Part shown: in pieces, positions 49,845-58,681 of the stretch
Layout of the letters: every line of letters starts with the position of its first letter
How positions within the stretch are numbered: position 1 is the stretch's first letter
From: Lysobacterales bacterium
GTDB taxonomy: Bacteria > Pseudomonadota > Gammaproteobacteria > Xanthomonadales > Xanthomonadaceae
Assembly (NCBI GenBank): GCA_019510195.1
Contig: JAEKKW010000056.1
Location: 35,309-99,308 of the forward strand
Length of the DNA: 64,000 nt
Reading direction: 5' to 3'
The notes under the pieces: generated by a model
What the model saw: the letters and a program-made list of their open reading frames with translations, nothing else
Database searches by the model: none
What the model was told of the DNA's origin: nothing
Program-made: the position numbers and the translations under genes

Positions 49845-51113
49845 TCACCGCGAATAGGCGGGCGGCAGGACCGACTCCTCGCGATGGAGGTAGCGATCGC
49901 GCAATTCGGTCTGGCGCGACACCATCGGGATGGCGCGGCCGTCCAGCCACAATTGGCTGGCGGTGTTGGCGACATCGAGCGGATCGCCGCTCCACAGCAC
50001 CAGGTCGGCGCGCTTGCCGACGGCAATGCTGCCCATCTCCTTGTCCAGCCCGAACGCCTGCGCCGGCACGCGGGTGAGTCCGGCCAGGGCATCGTCCCAG
50101 CGCATGCCGTTGGCGACGGCATTGCCGGCGAGCTGGCGCAGCTTGCGCGCGTAGTGGGAGGCGTCGCTGCTCAGGTAGAAGCCGACGTCCACGCCGGCGG
50201 CGCGCAGCTTCGCGGCGTTCTCCATGGTGGCGCCGATCTGGTCGAAATCGGCGGGCAGGTCGACCAGTGCATCGACGAACACCGGCACCTTGGCGGATGC
50301 GATCTCGTTCGCGACCTTCCAGCCTTCGCTGGCACCGGCCAGGGCGATGCGCACGTTGCGCTGTTTCGCCCAGCGCAGCAGGCGGCGGATGTCGGAGGCG
50401 CGCTGAATGGTGACGACGACGCGGCCGCCTCCACCGAAGTATTTCGCCATCGCCGCACGGCCCGCCGGGGTCAGCAGCGCGAACTTCGAATCGGCGGGAA
50501 TGCGTCCGCGCGCTTCATCGATCAGCTGGTCGAGGATCATCCATTGGCCGGCGCGCGAACCGCCGGTGAGATTGGCGGAGTCACCGCCGAGGGTGAGGAA
50601 AAGGACGCGGCCACCGATCGGGTCGAGGCTGCCGTCGAAACGGAACGCGCCGCCTTGGCCGCCGATCAGAGAACCGCCATTGGCCGGGTTCGCCGCGACC
50701 ATCGTCCAGCCGTAACCTTCGACGCGCGCCACCGGGATCAGCACCGATTCCGGGTTGTAGGCGCTGGTGACGTCGAATTCCGGACGTACCGCCATGTCCT
50801 TGGAGGTGCCAAGCGACTCGCCGCTGTCGACCGTCGACGATTCGCCACTCACTTCCTCCACGCCGATGTCGTTGATGCCGGCGAACAATGCCGGCGTGAG
50901 CGGCTTGCCGGCGGCATCGACCACCTGCGCGCCAGCCGCATTCAAGCCGTGGCCGACGGCGGCGATGCGGCCGCGGCGCACCAGCACGTCGGCGTTCTGC
51001 AAGGTGCCCTGCGCGGTCGCGGTGTGCACGGTGGCGTTGCGGATCAGCACGTCCTGCGCGGATGCGCTGCCGGCAAGTGCAAGCAGAATGATGGTGATGA
51101 CGAAGCGATTCAT
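49845..51113 (-). CDS. Secreted amidohydrolase family protein (metal-dependent hydrolase, Xaa-Pro dipeptidase-like subgroup)
   Basis: Track ORF 49845..51272, with the start at ATG 51113 (MNRFVITIILLALAGSASA signal). VLIRNATVHTA, and GSIAVGKRADLVLWSGDPL near the C-terminus. Confidence 0.8.
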   Translation of the reverse strand: MNRFVITIILLALAGSASAQDVLIRNATVHTATAQGTLQNADVLVRRGRIAAVGHGLNAAGAQVVDAAGKPLTPALFAGINDIGVEEVSGESSTVDSGESLGTSKDMAVRPEFDVTSAYNPESVLIPVARVEGYGWTMVAANPANGGSLIGGQGGAFRFDGSLDPIGGRVLFLTLGGDSANLTGGSRAGQWMILDQLIDEARGRIPADSKFALLTPAGRAAMAKYFGGGGRVVVTIQRASDIRRLLRWAKQRNVRIALAGASEGWKVANEIASAKVPVFVDALVDLPADFDQIGATMENAAKLRAAGVDVGFYLSSDASHYARKLRQLAGNAVANGMRWDDALAGLTRVPAQAFGLDKEMGSIAVGKRADLVLWSGDPLDVANTASQLWLDGRAIPMVSRQTELRDRYLHREESVLPPAYSR

Positions 51114-52513
51114 CGCGCACCTCCCTGCTTCGCATCGTTCCGGAGCAGGTCCTGGCCGAGCATGAAGTCGGATTTCGGTTGTCGCTTGGGGTCGTGGCGA
51201 TCGTAGAGCCGCGCACCATCGATGTAGACCTGTTCGGCCTGGGCGTAACTGCTGAAGGGATTGCCGTTCCACAGCACCACGTCGGCCATCTTGCCGGGTT
51301 CAAGCGTGCCGGTCATGCCATCGATGCCCATCGCCTTCGCCGGATTGGCGGTGATCCAGCGGATCGCGTGTTCGGGCGGGATGTCGATGCCGATGCGGCG
51401 GCCGTTCGCCATCGCCTTCGCCGCTTCCTGGTTGAGGCGCTGGATGCCTTCCTCGGAATCGCTATGCACGATCGCGCAACCGTTCTTCGCGCGATCGACC
51501 ATCACGATGTCTTCCTGGATGCCGTCGAAGCTTTCCATCTTGAAACCCCACCAGTCGGCCCACAGCGCGCCGCAGATGCCTTCGGCGGCCAGGCGGTCGG
51601 CGACCTTGTAAGCCTCGACGCCATGATGGAAGGCGCTGATCCGGAAACCGAATTCCTTGGCGAGGTCGATCATCGTCGCCATCTCATCGGCGCGGTAGCA
51701 ATGGATGTGGACGCGGATGTCGCCATTGATCGCGCCCGCCAGCGAATCTTCCTTGAGGTCGCGCTTGCCGGTGTCTCCACCCTTGCGCTTCTTCATGTAG
51801 TCGGCCGCTTCGGCGAACGCCGCGCGATAACCGGCGACATTGCCCATGCGCGTCGATGGTCCGCCCTTCTGCCCGTATACGCGTTTCGGGTTCTCGCCAC
51901 AGGCCATCTTCAGGCCCCACGGCGCGCCGGGGAATTTCATCGCCTGGTAGGTCGTCGACGGCACGTTCTTGAGGGTGACGCCGCGGCCGCCGATCAGGTT
52001 GGCCGAGCCCGGCAGGATCTGCAGCGAGGTGATGCCGCCTGCGAGTGCGGTGAGGAAACCGGGGTCCTGCGGCCAGATCGAATGTTCGGCCCACACCTGC
52101 GCAGTGACGGGCGCTGTCGCTTCGTTGCCATCGCTGTTCGCGGAGACACCGGGGCTCGCATACACGCCGAGATGCGAATGGATGTCGATGATGCCGGGCG
52201 TGATCCACTTGCCGGTGCCATCGACGCGGATCGCATCGGTGGGCACTGCGACATCGTTGCCGACCGCGATGATCTTGCCGTCCTGCATCAGCACGCCGGC
52301 GCCATCGAGGCGGCGGCCCGTGCCATCGAGCACGGTGGCGTTGGTGATCACCACCGGTGGCGAGGGAATTCGCTGGTAGGTGCTGGGATAGGGATCGGCG
52401 ACGAAGGAATACGACTTCGCCGACGGCGTCGTGGCAGTCGACGTGGACTTCGTCGGCTGGCTGGCGCAGGCGGCCAGCAGGGTCGCCGCGGCGGCGGTGA
52501 GCAGGAGGCGCAT
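51110..52513 (-). CDS. Secreted/lipoprotein amidohydrolase family protein (paralogue of the downstream gene)
   Basis: C-terminal 467 aa of track ORF 51110..53827, from ATG 52513 (MRLLLTAAAATLLAAC lipobox; GGGGAG upstream). PGIIDIHSHLG (HxH metal motif), GTLEPGKMADVVLWNGNPF. ATGA overlap with the next gene. Confidence 0.85.
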   Translation of the reverse strand: MRLLLTAAAATLLAACASQPTKSTSTATTPSAKSYSFVADPYPSTYQRIPSPPVVITNATVLDGTGRRLDGAGVLMQDGKIIAVGNDVAVPTDAIRVDGTGKWITPGIIDIHSHLGVYASPGVSANSDGNEATAPVTAQVWAEHSIWPQDPGFLTALAGGITSLQILPGSANLIGGRGVTLKNVPSTTYQAMKFPGAPWGLKMACGENPKRVYGQKGGPSTRMGNVAGYRAAFAEAADYMKKRKGGDTGKRDLKEDSLAGAINGDIRVHIHCYRADEMATMIDLAKEFGFRISAFHHGVEAYKVADRLAAEGICGALWADWWGFKMESFDGIQEDIVMVDRAKNGCAIVHSDSEEGIQRLNQEAAKAMANGRRIGIDIPPEHAIRWITANPAKAMGIDGMTGTLEPGKMADVVLWNGNPFSSYAQAEQVYIDGARLYDRHDPKRQPKSDFMLGQDLLRNDAKQGGAR

Positions 52514-52624
52514 CGAGTTCTCCCCGGGGAAGCCATGAACCGTAGCGCGCATGGCAGCGCGTGGCGCATGACGAAAGTCATGGCGGGGCTGGCACACTGA
52601 TCGCAACCGCAACGGGAATTCGCG

Positions 52625-53167
52625 ATGACGATCCATGATCCTGCCGAAGTGCTGCGTTTCTGGCGGACTGCCGGAATGTCCAAGTGGTTCGGTGGTGGCG
52701 TTGAATTCGACGATGCCTGTCGCGCCGCGCTGGGCGATGCCCATTTCGCCGCGGCCCGGTGCGAACTTGACGGATGGATGGCGGAAGCCGATTCCGCGCT
52801 GGCGCTGGTCCTGCTGCTCGACCAGATTCCGCGCAACATCTTCCGCGGCAGCGGCCATGCGTTCGCGACGGATGGCGTGGCCAGGCTGGTTGCAGCGCAG
52901 GCGATCGCGCAGGGATTCGACGCGCGGGTCGAGTCGGCCATGCGCTTCTTCTTCTACCTGCCGTTCGAGCATTCGGAGGAGATGGATGACCAGCAACATT
53001 CGGTCGAACTGGTTACTGCGCTCGGCAACAAGGATCTGCTCGGCTATGCGACCGCGCATCGCGACGTGATCGCGCGCTTCGGGCGTTTCCCGCATCGCAA
53101 TGCCGCGCTGGGGCGCATCAGCACGCCGGAAGAGCAGGCGTGGCTGGATGCCGGCGGCGGGTTCTAG
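52625..53167 (+). CDS. DUF924 family protein
   Basis: VLRFWRTAGMSKWFGGG, LVLLLDQIPRNIFRGS, RFGRFPHRNAALGRISTPEE. Confidence 0.85.
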   Translation: MTIHDPAEVLRFWRTAGMSKWFGGGVEFDDACRAALGDAHFAAARCELDGWMAEADSALALVLLLDQIPRNIFRGSGHAFATDGVARLVAAQAIAQGFDARVESAMRFFFYLPFEHSEEMDDQQHSVELVTALGNKDLLGYATAHRDVIARFGRFPHRNAALGRISTPEEQAWLDAGGGF

Positions 53168-54399
53168 CCGCGCGGCCCGAATTGCACGCGTTCGCGGCGA
53201 ATGCCGTAGCCGAACAGGCGCGCGGGAATGTGGCGGAAGACGAGGAAGCGGCTGGCGAAACGCAGCACGCCGGGCGTCGGCAGCAGTCCACCCGGTGTCG
53301 CATCGAGCAGCGGTGCGATGACGCGTTCCTGCGCGAGCCGTTGCACCGCCTGGATCACCCGCGTCGGCCACAGGCGACGCTGTTGCACGCGCGCGAGTCG
53401 TGCATCGTCGACCGCACCATTGCCTGCCAGCATCGGGCCGAGAAGATTCGCCGTGGCGACCGCGTCCTGGATGGCGAGGTTGATGCCGACGCCGCCGATC
53501 GGCGACATCGCATGGGCGGCATCGCCAATGAACAACAAGCCGGGAATGTCCCAGCGCTGCAGGCGATCGATCCGCACTTCCAGCGTTTTCACATCGTTCC
53601 AGTCCTGCAGCGCATCCATGCGCGCCGGCTCGAACGGCAGCAGCGGCGCGACCAGGTCGCGGAACGCCTGCAACGGGCGCACACGCAACACGGCATCGCT
53701 GCCCTTGCCGATCACGTAGGCACACTGCCAGTAATCGTTGCGATCGAGCATCACCAGCAGGCGCCCGCGCGCGGGAATGCCCTGGGTCTGGTCGGGATCG
53801 GCGGTCTGGCGCGGCAGCCGGAACCACAGCACGTCCATCGGCGAACCGAAAGTCTCGACTGCGAGTCCGGCGGCATCGCGCAGGGTCGAGCCGCGGCCAT
53901 CGCAGGCGATCACCAGGTCGGCGGAGATTTCCAGCTCGCCATCGGGATCGCGCGCCTGCACGCCGCTGACGCGGCCGTTGCCATCATGCATGAGGCCGGT
54001 TGCTTCAGTGCGCATGCGCAGCGAGAAGTTCGGGTATGCGCGCGCAGCATCGGCCAGCAGGTCGAGAAAATCCCATTGCGGCGCCAGCGCGAGATAGTCG
54101 AACGGCTGCAGCCCGCGGAAATCGCCCAGCGCGATCGTGCCTTCGGCGAAGCGGCCGGCGATGGTCTGCTCGCGCCGATGCGGGATGCGCAGGAAGGCAT
54201 CGAGCAGTCCGGTCTGCTGCAGGATGCCGAGCGTCGAAGGGTGCACGGTGTCGCCGCGGAAATCGCGGAGGAAATCGCCGTGCTTCTCCAGCACGACGAC
54301 ATCGACGCCGCCGCGTGCCAGCAACAGGCCGAGCATCATTCCCGCCGGTCCACCGCCGGCGATGCAGCACCGCACCTTCAACCGGCGCGGCGCATCCAT
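53164..54399 (-). CDS. FAD-dependent monooxygenase (UbiH/aromatic-ring hydroxylase-like)
   Basis: Track ORF 53164..54582, with the start at ATG 54399 (MDAPRRLKVRCCIAGGGPAGMMLGLLLARGG, a GxGxxG motif). DGRGS, FIGDAAHAMSPIGGVGINLAIQDA. The start lies 1 nt after the rhodanese-domain stop. Confidence 0.88.
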   Translation of the reverse strand: MDAPRRLKVRCCIAGGGPAGMMLGLLLARGGVDVVVLEKHGDFLRDFRGDTVHPSTLGILQQTGLLDAFLRIPHRREQTIAGRFAEGTIALGDFRGLQPFDYLALAPQWDFLDLLADAARAYPNFSLRMRTEATGLMHDGNGRVSGVQARDPDGELEISADLVIACDGRGSTLRDAAGLAVETFGSPMDVLWFRLPRQTADPDQTQGIPARGRLLVMLDRNDYWQCAYVIGKGSDAVLRVRPLQAFRDLVAPLLPFEPARMDALQDWNDVKTLEVRIDRLQRWDIPGLLFIGDAAHAMSPIGGVGINLAIQDAVATANLLGPMLAGNGAVDDARLARVQQRRLWPTRVIQAVQRLAQERVIAPLLDATPGGLLPTPGVLRFASRFLVFRHIPARLFGYGIRRERVQFGPRG

Positions 54400-54400
54400 G

Positions 54401-54826
54401 TCAGTAGCGCGCGATCGACGGGTCGGCGTCGGCCCAGGCGTCGATGCCGCCGGTGACGTTGTAGACCTCGCGGAAACCGAGGCCGCGGAAATGTTCGGCC
54501 GCCTGCGCGCTGCGTCCGTCGTGGTGGCAGAGGAAGGCGATCGCGCTGTCCTTCGGCAATGCCGCCAACGCATCGACGCCATCGTCGAGCGTGCGGAACG
54601 CGACCGGTGCGCTGGCGATCGCGCGCTCGTCTGGCGGACGCACGTCGACCAGGATCAGATCGCCGTTGCGCACGCGCTCGCCGGCATCCGCGGGCGTGAT
54701 CGCGCGTACCGCCGGTGCCGCCAGCGGATGTTCCACCACCAGGCCGCGGCCGCGATGGTCGTCGACGAAATCGATGCGCAGGCCGTCGGCGCGACGCGCC
54801 GAGGCGCCATCGAACTGGAAGCGCAC
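54401..54826 (-). CDS. Rhodanese-domain protein with a partial HesB/IscA-like N-terminus (probable 3-prime portion of a disrupted glutaredoxin fusion gene)
   Basis: Track ORF with GTG start: (M)RFQFDGASARRADGLRIDFVDDHRGRGLVVEHP resembles the C-terminal half of an IscA/HesB fold. It is followed by a rhodanese domain (LILVDVRPPDER...FLCHHDGRSAQAAEHFRGLGFREVYNVTGGIDAW). The same frame stays coding-like upstream (LAPADPASIASEVEG) as far as an in-frame TAA at 54874-54872. Confidence 0.7.
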   Translation of the reverse strand: MRFQFDGASARRADGLRIDFVDDHRGRGLVVEHPLAAPAVRAITPADAGERVRNGDLILVDVRPPDERAIASAPVAFRTLDDGVDALAALPKDSAIAFLCHHDGRSAQAAEHFRGLGFREVYNVTGGIDAWADADPSIARY

Positions 54827-54871
54827 GCCTTCGACTTCGCTGGCGATGCTGGCGGGATCGGCCGGCGCCAG

Positions 54872-55194
54872 TTACAGTTGCGCGCGATGCTGCTTGTCGA
54901 CCATGAGCTGCCGGCCATCTGCACGATGATGTCGCTTCCGCCCAGCAGTTCGCCGCCGACATACAGCTGCGGGATGGTCGGCCAGTCGCCGTAGAGCTTG
55001 ATGCCTTCGCGGATCCCGGGATCGGACAGCACGTCGACGTGCGCGTATTCGGCGCCCATGTCCTCGAGCGTGCCTACGGCCTTCGCCGAGAAACCGCATT
55101 GCGGCGCCTGCGGATTGCCTTTCATGAACAGCACCACGCGATTGGAATCGAGCAGCGCCTGGATGCGGCTACGGGTGGCGGGATCGAGCGACAT
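54872..55194 (-). pseudogene. grxD: Monothiol (CGFS) glutaredoxin Grx4/GrxD domain, reading frame broken near its 3-prime end
   Basis: ATG 55194: MSLDPATRSRIQALLDSNRVVLFMKGNPQAPQCGFSAKAVG...WPTIPQLYVGGELLGGSDIIVQMAGS. The frame then degenerates into SWSTSSIARNCNWRRPIPPASPAKSK..., running 200+ nt into the rhodanese gene. The expected SGEL-type ending is missing. Confidence 0.7.
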
Positions 55195-55266
55195 GGCGGG
55201 TATTCCGGGGAAACGATGCGTCATTGTACTGAGGGGATGCTGGCGGCAGCGTGCGATCATTCCCGC

Positions 55267-56073
55267 ATGGAAGACCTGCATTCACGCTTGATTCCCGGGC
55301 ATCCCCATCGCTGGTGGGCATGGCTGGCCGTGTCGCAGCTGCTGGTCGCGTGGTTGTGGTGGCGTTTCGGCTGGCAACTCGGCCTGCCGTGCATGGTCCT
55401 GAGCCATGTGCCGTTCTGGTGGGGCGTGCTGATGCCGCGATCGCGGATCTATTCGCCCTGCCTGTCACGATTGCCGACGCGCGAACGCGTGGTGTGGCTG
55501 ACCATCGATGATGGTCCGTCGGCCGAAACGATCGAAATGCTCGATCTGCTCGATGTCCATGGTGCGAAAGCGACTTTCTTCGTGGTTGGTGAACGGGCCG
55601 CGGCGCATCCGGAACTGATCCGCGAAATCGTCCGGCGCGGACACGGCATCGGCAATCACAGCGCCAGCCATCCCGCCGCGATGTTCTGGGCGCTGGGACC
55701 GAAGCGGATGCGCTCGGAAATCACCCGTTGCCAGGACCTCCTGCATTCGATCACCGGCAGCGCGCCAATCTGGTTCCGTGCGGTAGTCGGCATGGCCAAC
55801 CCCTTCGTTGCCGCACCGTTGCGCGATCTCGGCCTTGCTCGGGTGGCCTGGAGCGCGCGCGGCTACGACGGTGTCGCCGGCGATGTCGCCAGCGTCGTTG
55901 CGCGGATCGAACGCGATCTCGCGCCGGGCGCGATCGTATTGCTGCACGAAGGCGCGGCGCATGGCCACAACATCGACATCCTGCGCGGCGTGCTGGAAAA
56001 GCTCGCCGCGGCGGGATTGCGCGCGGTATTGCCGGAACAGCTGGCGACGATCAATCCGGGCGGCGCGCGCTGA
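55267..56073 (+). CDS. Polysaccharide deacetylase (NodB homology domain) with N-terminal TM segments
   Basis: Track ORF 55039..56073, with the probable start at ATG 55267 (55216 and 55237 are alternatives). WLTIDDGPS, ATFFVVG, GHGIGNHSASHP, LLHEG. Confidence 0.85.
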   Translation: MEDLHSRLIPGHPHRWWAWLAVSQLLVAWLWWRFGWQLGLPCMVLSHVPFWWGVLMPRSRIYSPCLSRLPTRERVVWLTIDDGPSAETIEMLDLLDVHGAKATFFVVGERAAAHPELIREIVRRGHGIGNHSASHPAAMFWALGPKRMRSEITRCQDLLHSITGSAPIWFRAVVGMANPFVAAPLRDLGLARVAWSARGYDGVAGDVASVVARIERDLAPGAIVLLHEGAAHGHNIDILRGVLEKLAAAGLRAVLPEQLATINPGGAR

Positions 56074-56728
56074 CCAGCCAGTTGTTGAACAGGTTGCGGC
56101 CGAGATGCGGCTGCCATTCCACTTCGAGTCCGGCCGATTCCAGCATCGCGGTCAGCACTTCGCGGCGCGGATAGCGATGTGGCGCGCTGCGCATCCAGCC
56201 GATGCGGTGGCCGATGCGATCGGTGACATCGGTGATGCGGCTGCGTGCGCTGGCATCTTCCAGTCCGGTGCGGACCAGCAACCGCGCGCCCGGAGCGAGG
56301 CAGGCAATCGCGCCGGACACCACGTTCGCCTGCAACGATTCCGGCAGGTATTGCAGCATGTCGAGAATCGTCACCGAACCGTGATGCGCGGGGACACCCA
56401 GGGACAGATCCACGGTATCGAACGCGACATCGTGCAATTGGCGCCGCGTCGCGGCGTCGCGGGCACGGGCGATCTTCGCCGCATCGAAATCGACCCCCTT
56501 GTAGGGTTGCGTCGCACCGGCATTGCGCAGCACGTGCGCAAGCAGGCCGATGCCGCAACCCAGATCGAGCAGCGGATGCGGGTCATCGTGCAGCAGTGGC
56601 AATACGCCGGGATAGAGCGGGTCGTGAGCGAGTTTCCAGCGTGCGTAGTGGGAGTGCCAGCGATCGAATGGGCGTTCCGGCGCCAGGAAAGCGCGGGAGA
56701 TGGCAATGGAATCGATGGCTGTACTCAT
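56051..56728 (-). CDS. Class I SAM-dependent methyltransferase
   Basis: Track ORF 56051..56776, with the start at ATG 56728 (ATGA overlap with the upstream SGNH gene). LLDLGCGIGLL (motif I), VTILDMLQYL. Confidence 0.8.
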   Translation of the reverse strand: MSTAIDSIAISRAFLAPERPFDRWHSHYARWKLAHDPLYPGVLPLLHDDPHPLLDLGCGIGLLAHVLRNAGATQPYKGVDFDAAKIARARDAATRRQLHDVAFDTVDLSLGVPAHHGSVTILDMLQYLPESLQANVVSGAIACLAPGARLLVRTGLEDASARSRITDVTDRIGHRIGWMRSAPHRYPRREVLTAMLESAGLEVEWQPHLGRNLFNNWLVSARRPD

Positions 56729-57339
56729 TCCGTGCTCAGGGATTCGCGCGCGGCAGGCAGCGCCAGCCCGGTCCACAATCCGTACATCGCGGCGGAGTAA
56801 TGCAATGCGTCTTCGCTCAACATGGCTTCTTCTCTACCATGGCGGCGGGAAACGGGCGTGATGTCGACATAACGCACGCCGCGGGCATCGCACTGTTCAT
56901 GTGCGACAGCGTTGAACGCATCGATCTCCGCGGCGATGGTCCCCGGATCGCGGCCTGCGCTCACCGCGAATGGCGTCGCGCCCCAGTCGGGAATCGACAA
57001 CACCAGCACGCGTGAGACGCGCGCGCCGGCATGGCCGATGGCGCGCTCGAGCAGGGCGCGGAATTCGTCGCGATATTCGTCAAGGGCCAGTCCGCGGTAC
57101 TGGTTGTTGACGCCGATCAACAGGGTCACCAGACCCCAGTCGTTGCCCAGCGGTTCGGCGGCGTCGAGTGCTGCGATGAGTTCGCCGGTGGTCCAGCCGG
57201 TCGTGGCGATGATGCGCGGGTCGCGGATCGCGAACCCTTCGCGTCGCAGCGCCTCGGCCAGTTGCACGGGCCAGCGCCCGTGCTCCGGGACGCCCTCGCC
57301 GATGGTGTAGCTGTCGCCGAGCGCGAGGTAGCGAATCAC
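56725..57339 (-). CDS. SGNH/GDSL hydrolase family protein
   Basis: C-terminal part of track ORF 56725..58167, from GTG 57339 (GTGA overlap with the aminotransferase stop): (M)IRYLALGDSYTIGEG (GDS block), LIGVNN, DALHYS (DxxH). Confidence 0.8.
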   Translation of the reverse strand: MIRYLALGDSYTIGEGVPEHGRWPVQLAEALRREGFAIRDPRIIATTGWTTGELIAALDAAEPLGNDWGLVTLLIGVNNQYRGLALDEYRDEFRALLERAIGHAGARVSRVLVLSIPDWGATPFAVSAGRDPGTIAAEIDAFNAVAHEQCDARGVRYVDITPVSRRHGREEAMLSEDALHYSAAMYGLWTGLALPAARESLSTE

Positions 57340-58556
57340 GCAGCGCGCGCCGCGCGCCGCGACAACACGCGGTCGATGCGGCCGAATACCTCGCGCAACA
57401 CGTCCGGCTGCGGCAGCAAGGTGACGCGGAAATGATTGCGATAGGGCACGTTGAAGCTCGAGCCCGGCACGATCAGCACGTCCTCGCTTTCCAGCAGCTC
57501 CAGCGCGAAGGCATGATCGTCGAAGGCATGCGCGGCCGGACCGACCACCGCCGGGAACCCGTACAACGCGCCTTGCGGCGCCACCAGTTGCAGGTGGGCG
57601 CTGGCAGCGCAGCTTTCGATCAATGCGCGACGGGTTTCGTAAAGACGGCCACCGGGACTGCACAATGGCGAGATGGTGTCCTGGCCGTTGAGCGCGGCGT
57701 CGATGGCGAATTGCCCCGGCACGTTGGCGCACAGGCGCAGCGCGCCGAGCAGGTCCATCGCGGCGTGGTAGTCGCGCATCTTCTCGCGATCGCCCGACAG
57801 CACCGCCCAGCCGACGCGCCAGCCGCAGGCGCGATGCACCTTCGACAAACCGCCGAACGATACGCAGGGCACGTCGCCGGCGAGCGGCGCCAGCGGCTGG
57901 AAAGTCGCGCTGTCGTAGAGGATGTGGTCGTAGATCTCGTCGGCCATCAGCAGCAGGCCGTGGCGCGCGGCGATCGCGACGATGCGCGCCACCAGGTCCG
58001 GCGGATAGTTGGCGCCGGTCGGATTGTTGGGATTGATCAGCACGATCGCGCGGGTGCGCGACGACACCAGCTGCTCGATCTCGTCGGGATCGGGCAGGAA
58101 GCCGTTCTCCGGCAGGCACTGGTAATAGACCGGACGACCATCGTTGAGGATGGTCGCGGCACTCCACAGCGGATAGTCGGGCGAGGGCAGCAGCACTTCG
58201 TCGCCGGGATTGAGCAGCGCGCGCAACGAGATGTCGATCAGTTCGCTGACGCCATTGCCGATGAAGACGCGATCGGCGCTGGCGCCCGGCGTGCCACGAC
58301 GGGCATGGTGCGCGGCGATGGCTTCGCGCGCTTCCGGCAGGCCCTGCTGGTGGGTATAGGGATCGGTCTGGGCGATGCGCCCGGCGATCGCTTCCTGCAG
58401 ATGTTCGGGCGCACGGAAACCGAAGGCGCCGGGATTGCCGATGTTGAGCTTGATCAGGCTGCGACCCTGCGATTCCAGGTCACGGGCGCGGCGGGCCAGT
58501 TCGCCGCGGATTTCATAGCGCACTTCCGAGAGGCGCTGGCGGGTGGAAAGCGACAT
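57336..58556 (-). CDS. alaA: Pyridoxal phosphate-dependent aminotransferase (AlaA/YfbQ-like alanine transaminase)
   Basis: SEVRYEIRGELARRARDLESQGRSLIKLNIGNPGAFGF, LINPNNPTG, SFGGLSKVHRACGWRVGW (PLP Lys). Confidence 0.9.
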   Translation of the reverse strand: MSLSTRQRLSEVRYEIRGELARRARDLESQGRSLIKLNIGNPGAFGFRAPEHLQEAIAGRIAQTDPYTHQQGLPEAREAIAAHHARRGTPGASADRVFIGNGVSELIDISLRALLNPGDEVLLPSPDYPLWSAATILNDGRPVYYQCLPENGFLPDPDEIEQLVSSRTRAIVLINPNNPTGANYPPDLVARIVAIAARHGLLLMADEIYDHILYDSATFQPLAPLAGDVPCVSFGGLSKVHRACGWRVGWAVLSGDREKMRDYHAAMDLLGALRLCANVPGQFAIDAALNGQDTISPLCSPGGRLYETRRALIESCAASAHLQLVAPQGALYGFPAVVGPAAHAFDDHAFALELLESEDVLIVPGSSFNVPYRNHFRVTLLPQPDVLREVFGRIDRVLSRRAARAA

Positions 58557-58681
58557 CTACACACACGATTAGGGCAAGAATCTCCGCAGATTAGCGGAAA
58601 TTGCGGGGTTTCGGGCGGTGTGCGCGTGGATGAGACGCACTCGCTTTAGAATCCCGGCATGACCCCGATTCGCCACCACGC

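Noticed and set aside
51110-53827. 905-aa ORF as one giant protein
   Set aside because: Only the C-terminal 467 aa, from ATG 52513 with a lipobox and a good RBS, is amidohydrolase-like. The upstream part runs antisense through the DUF924 gene and out of frame through the FAD-monooxygenase gene, and it is compositional noise.
54655-55281. 208-aa ORF taken at face value as a long glutaredoxin
   Set aside because: The first 29 residues precede the conserved MSLDPATRS start, and the last ~100 residues are low-complexity read-through overlapping the rhodanese gene in another frame. I interpret it as a Grx domain whose natural 3-prime end has been lost.
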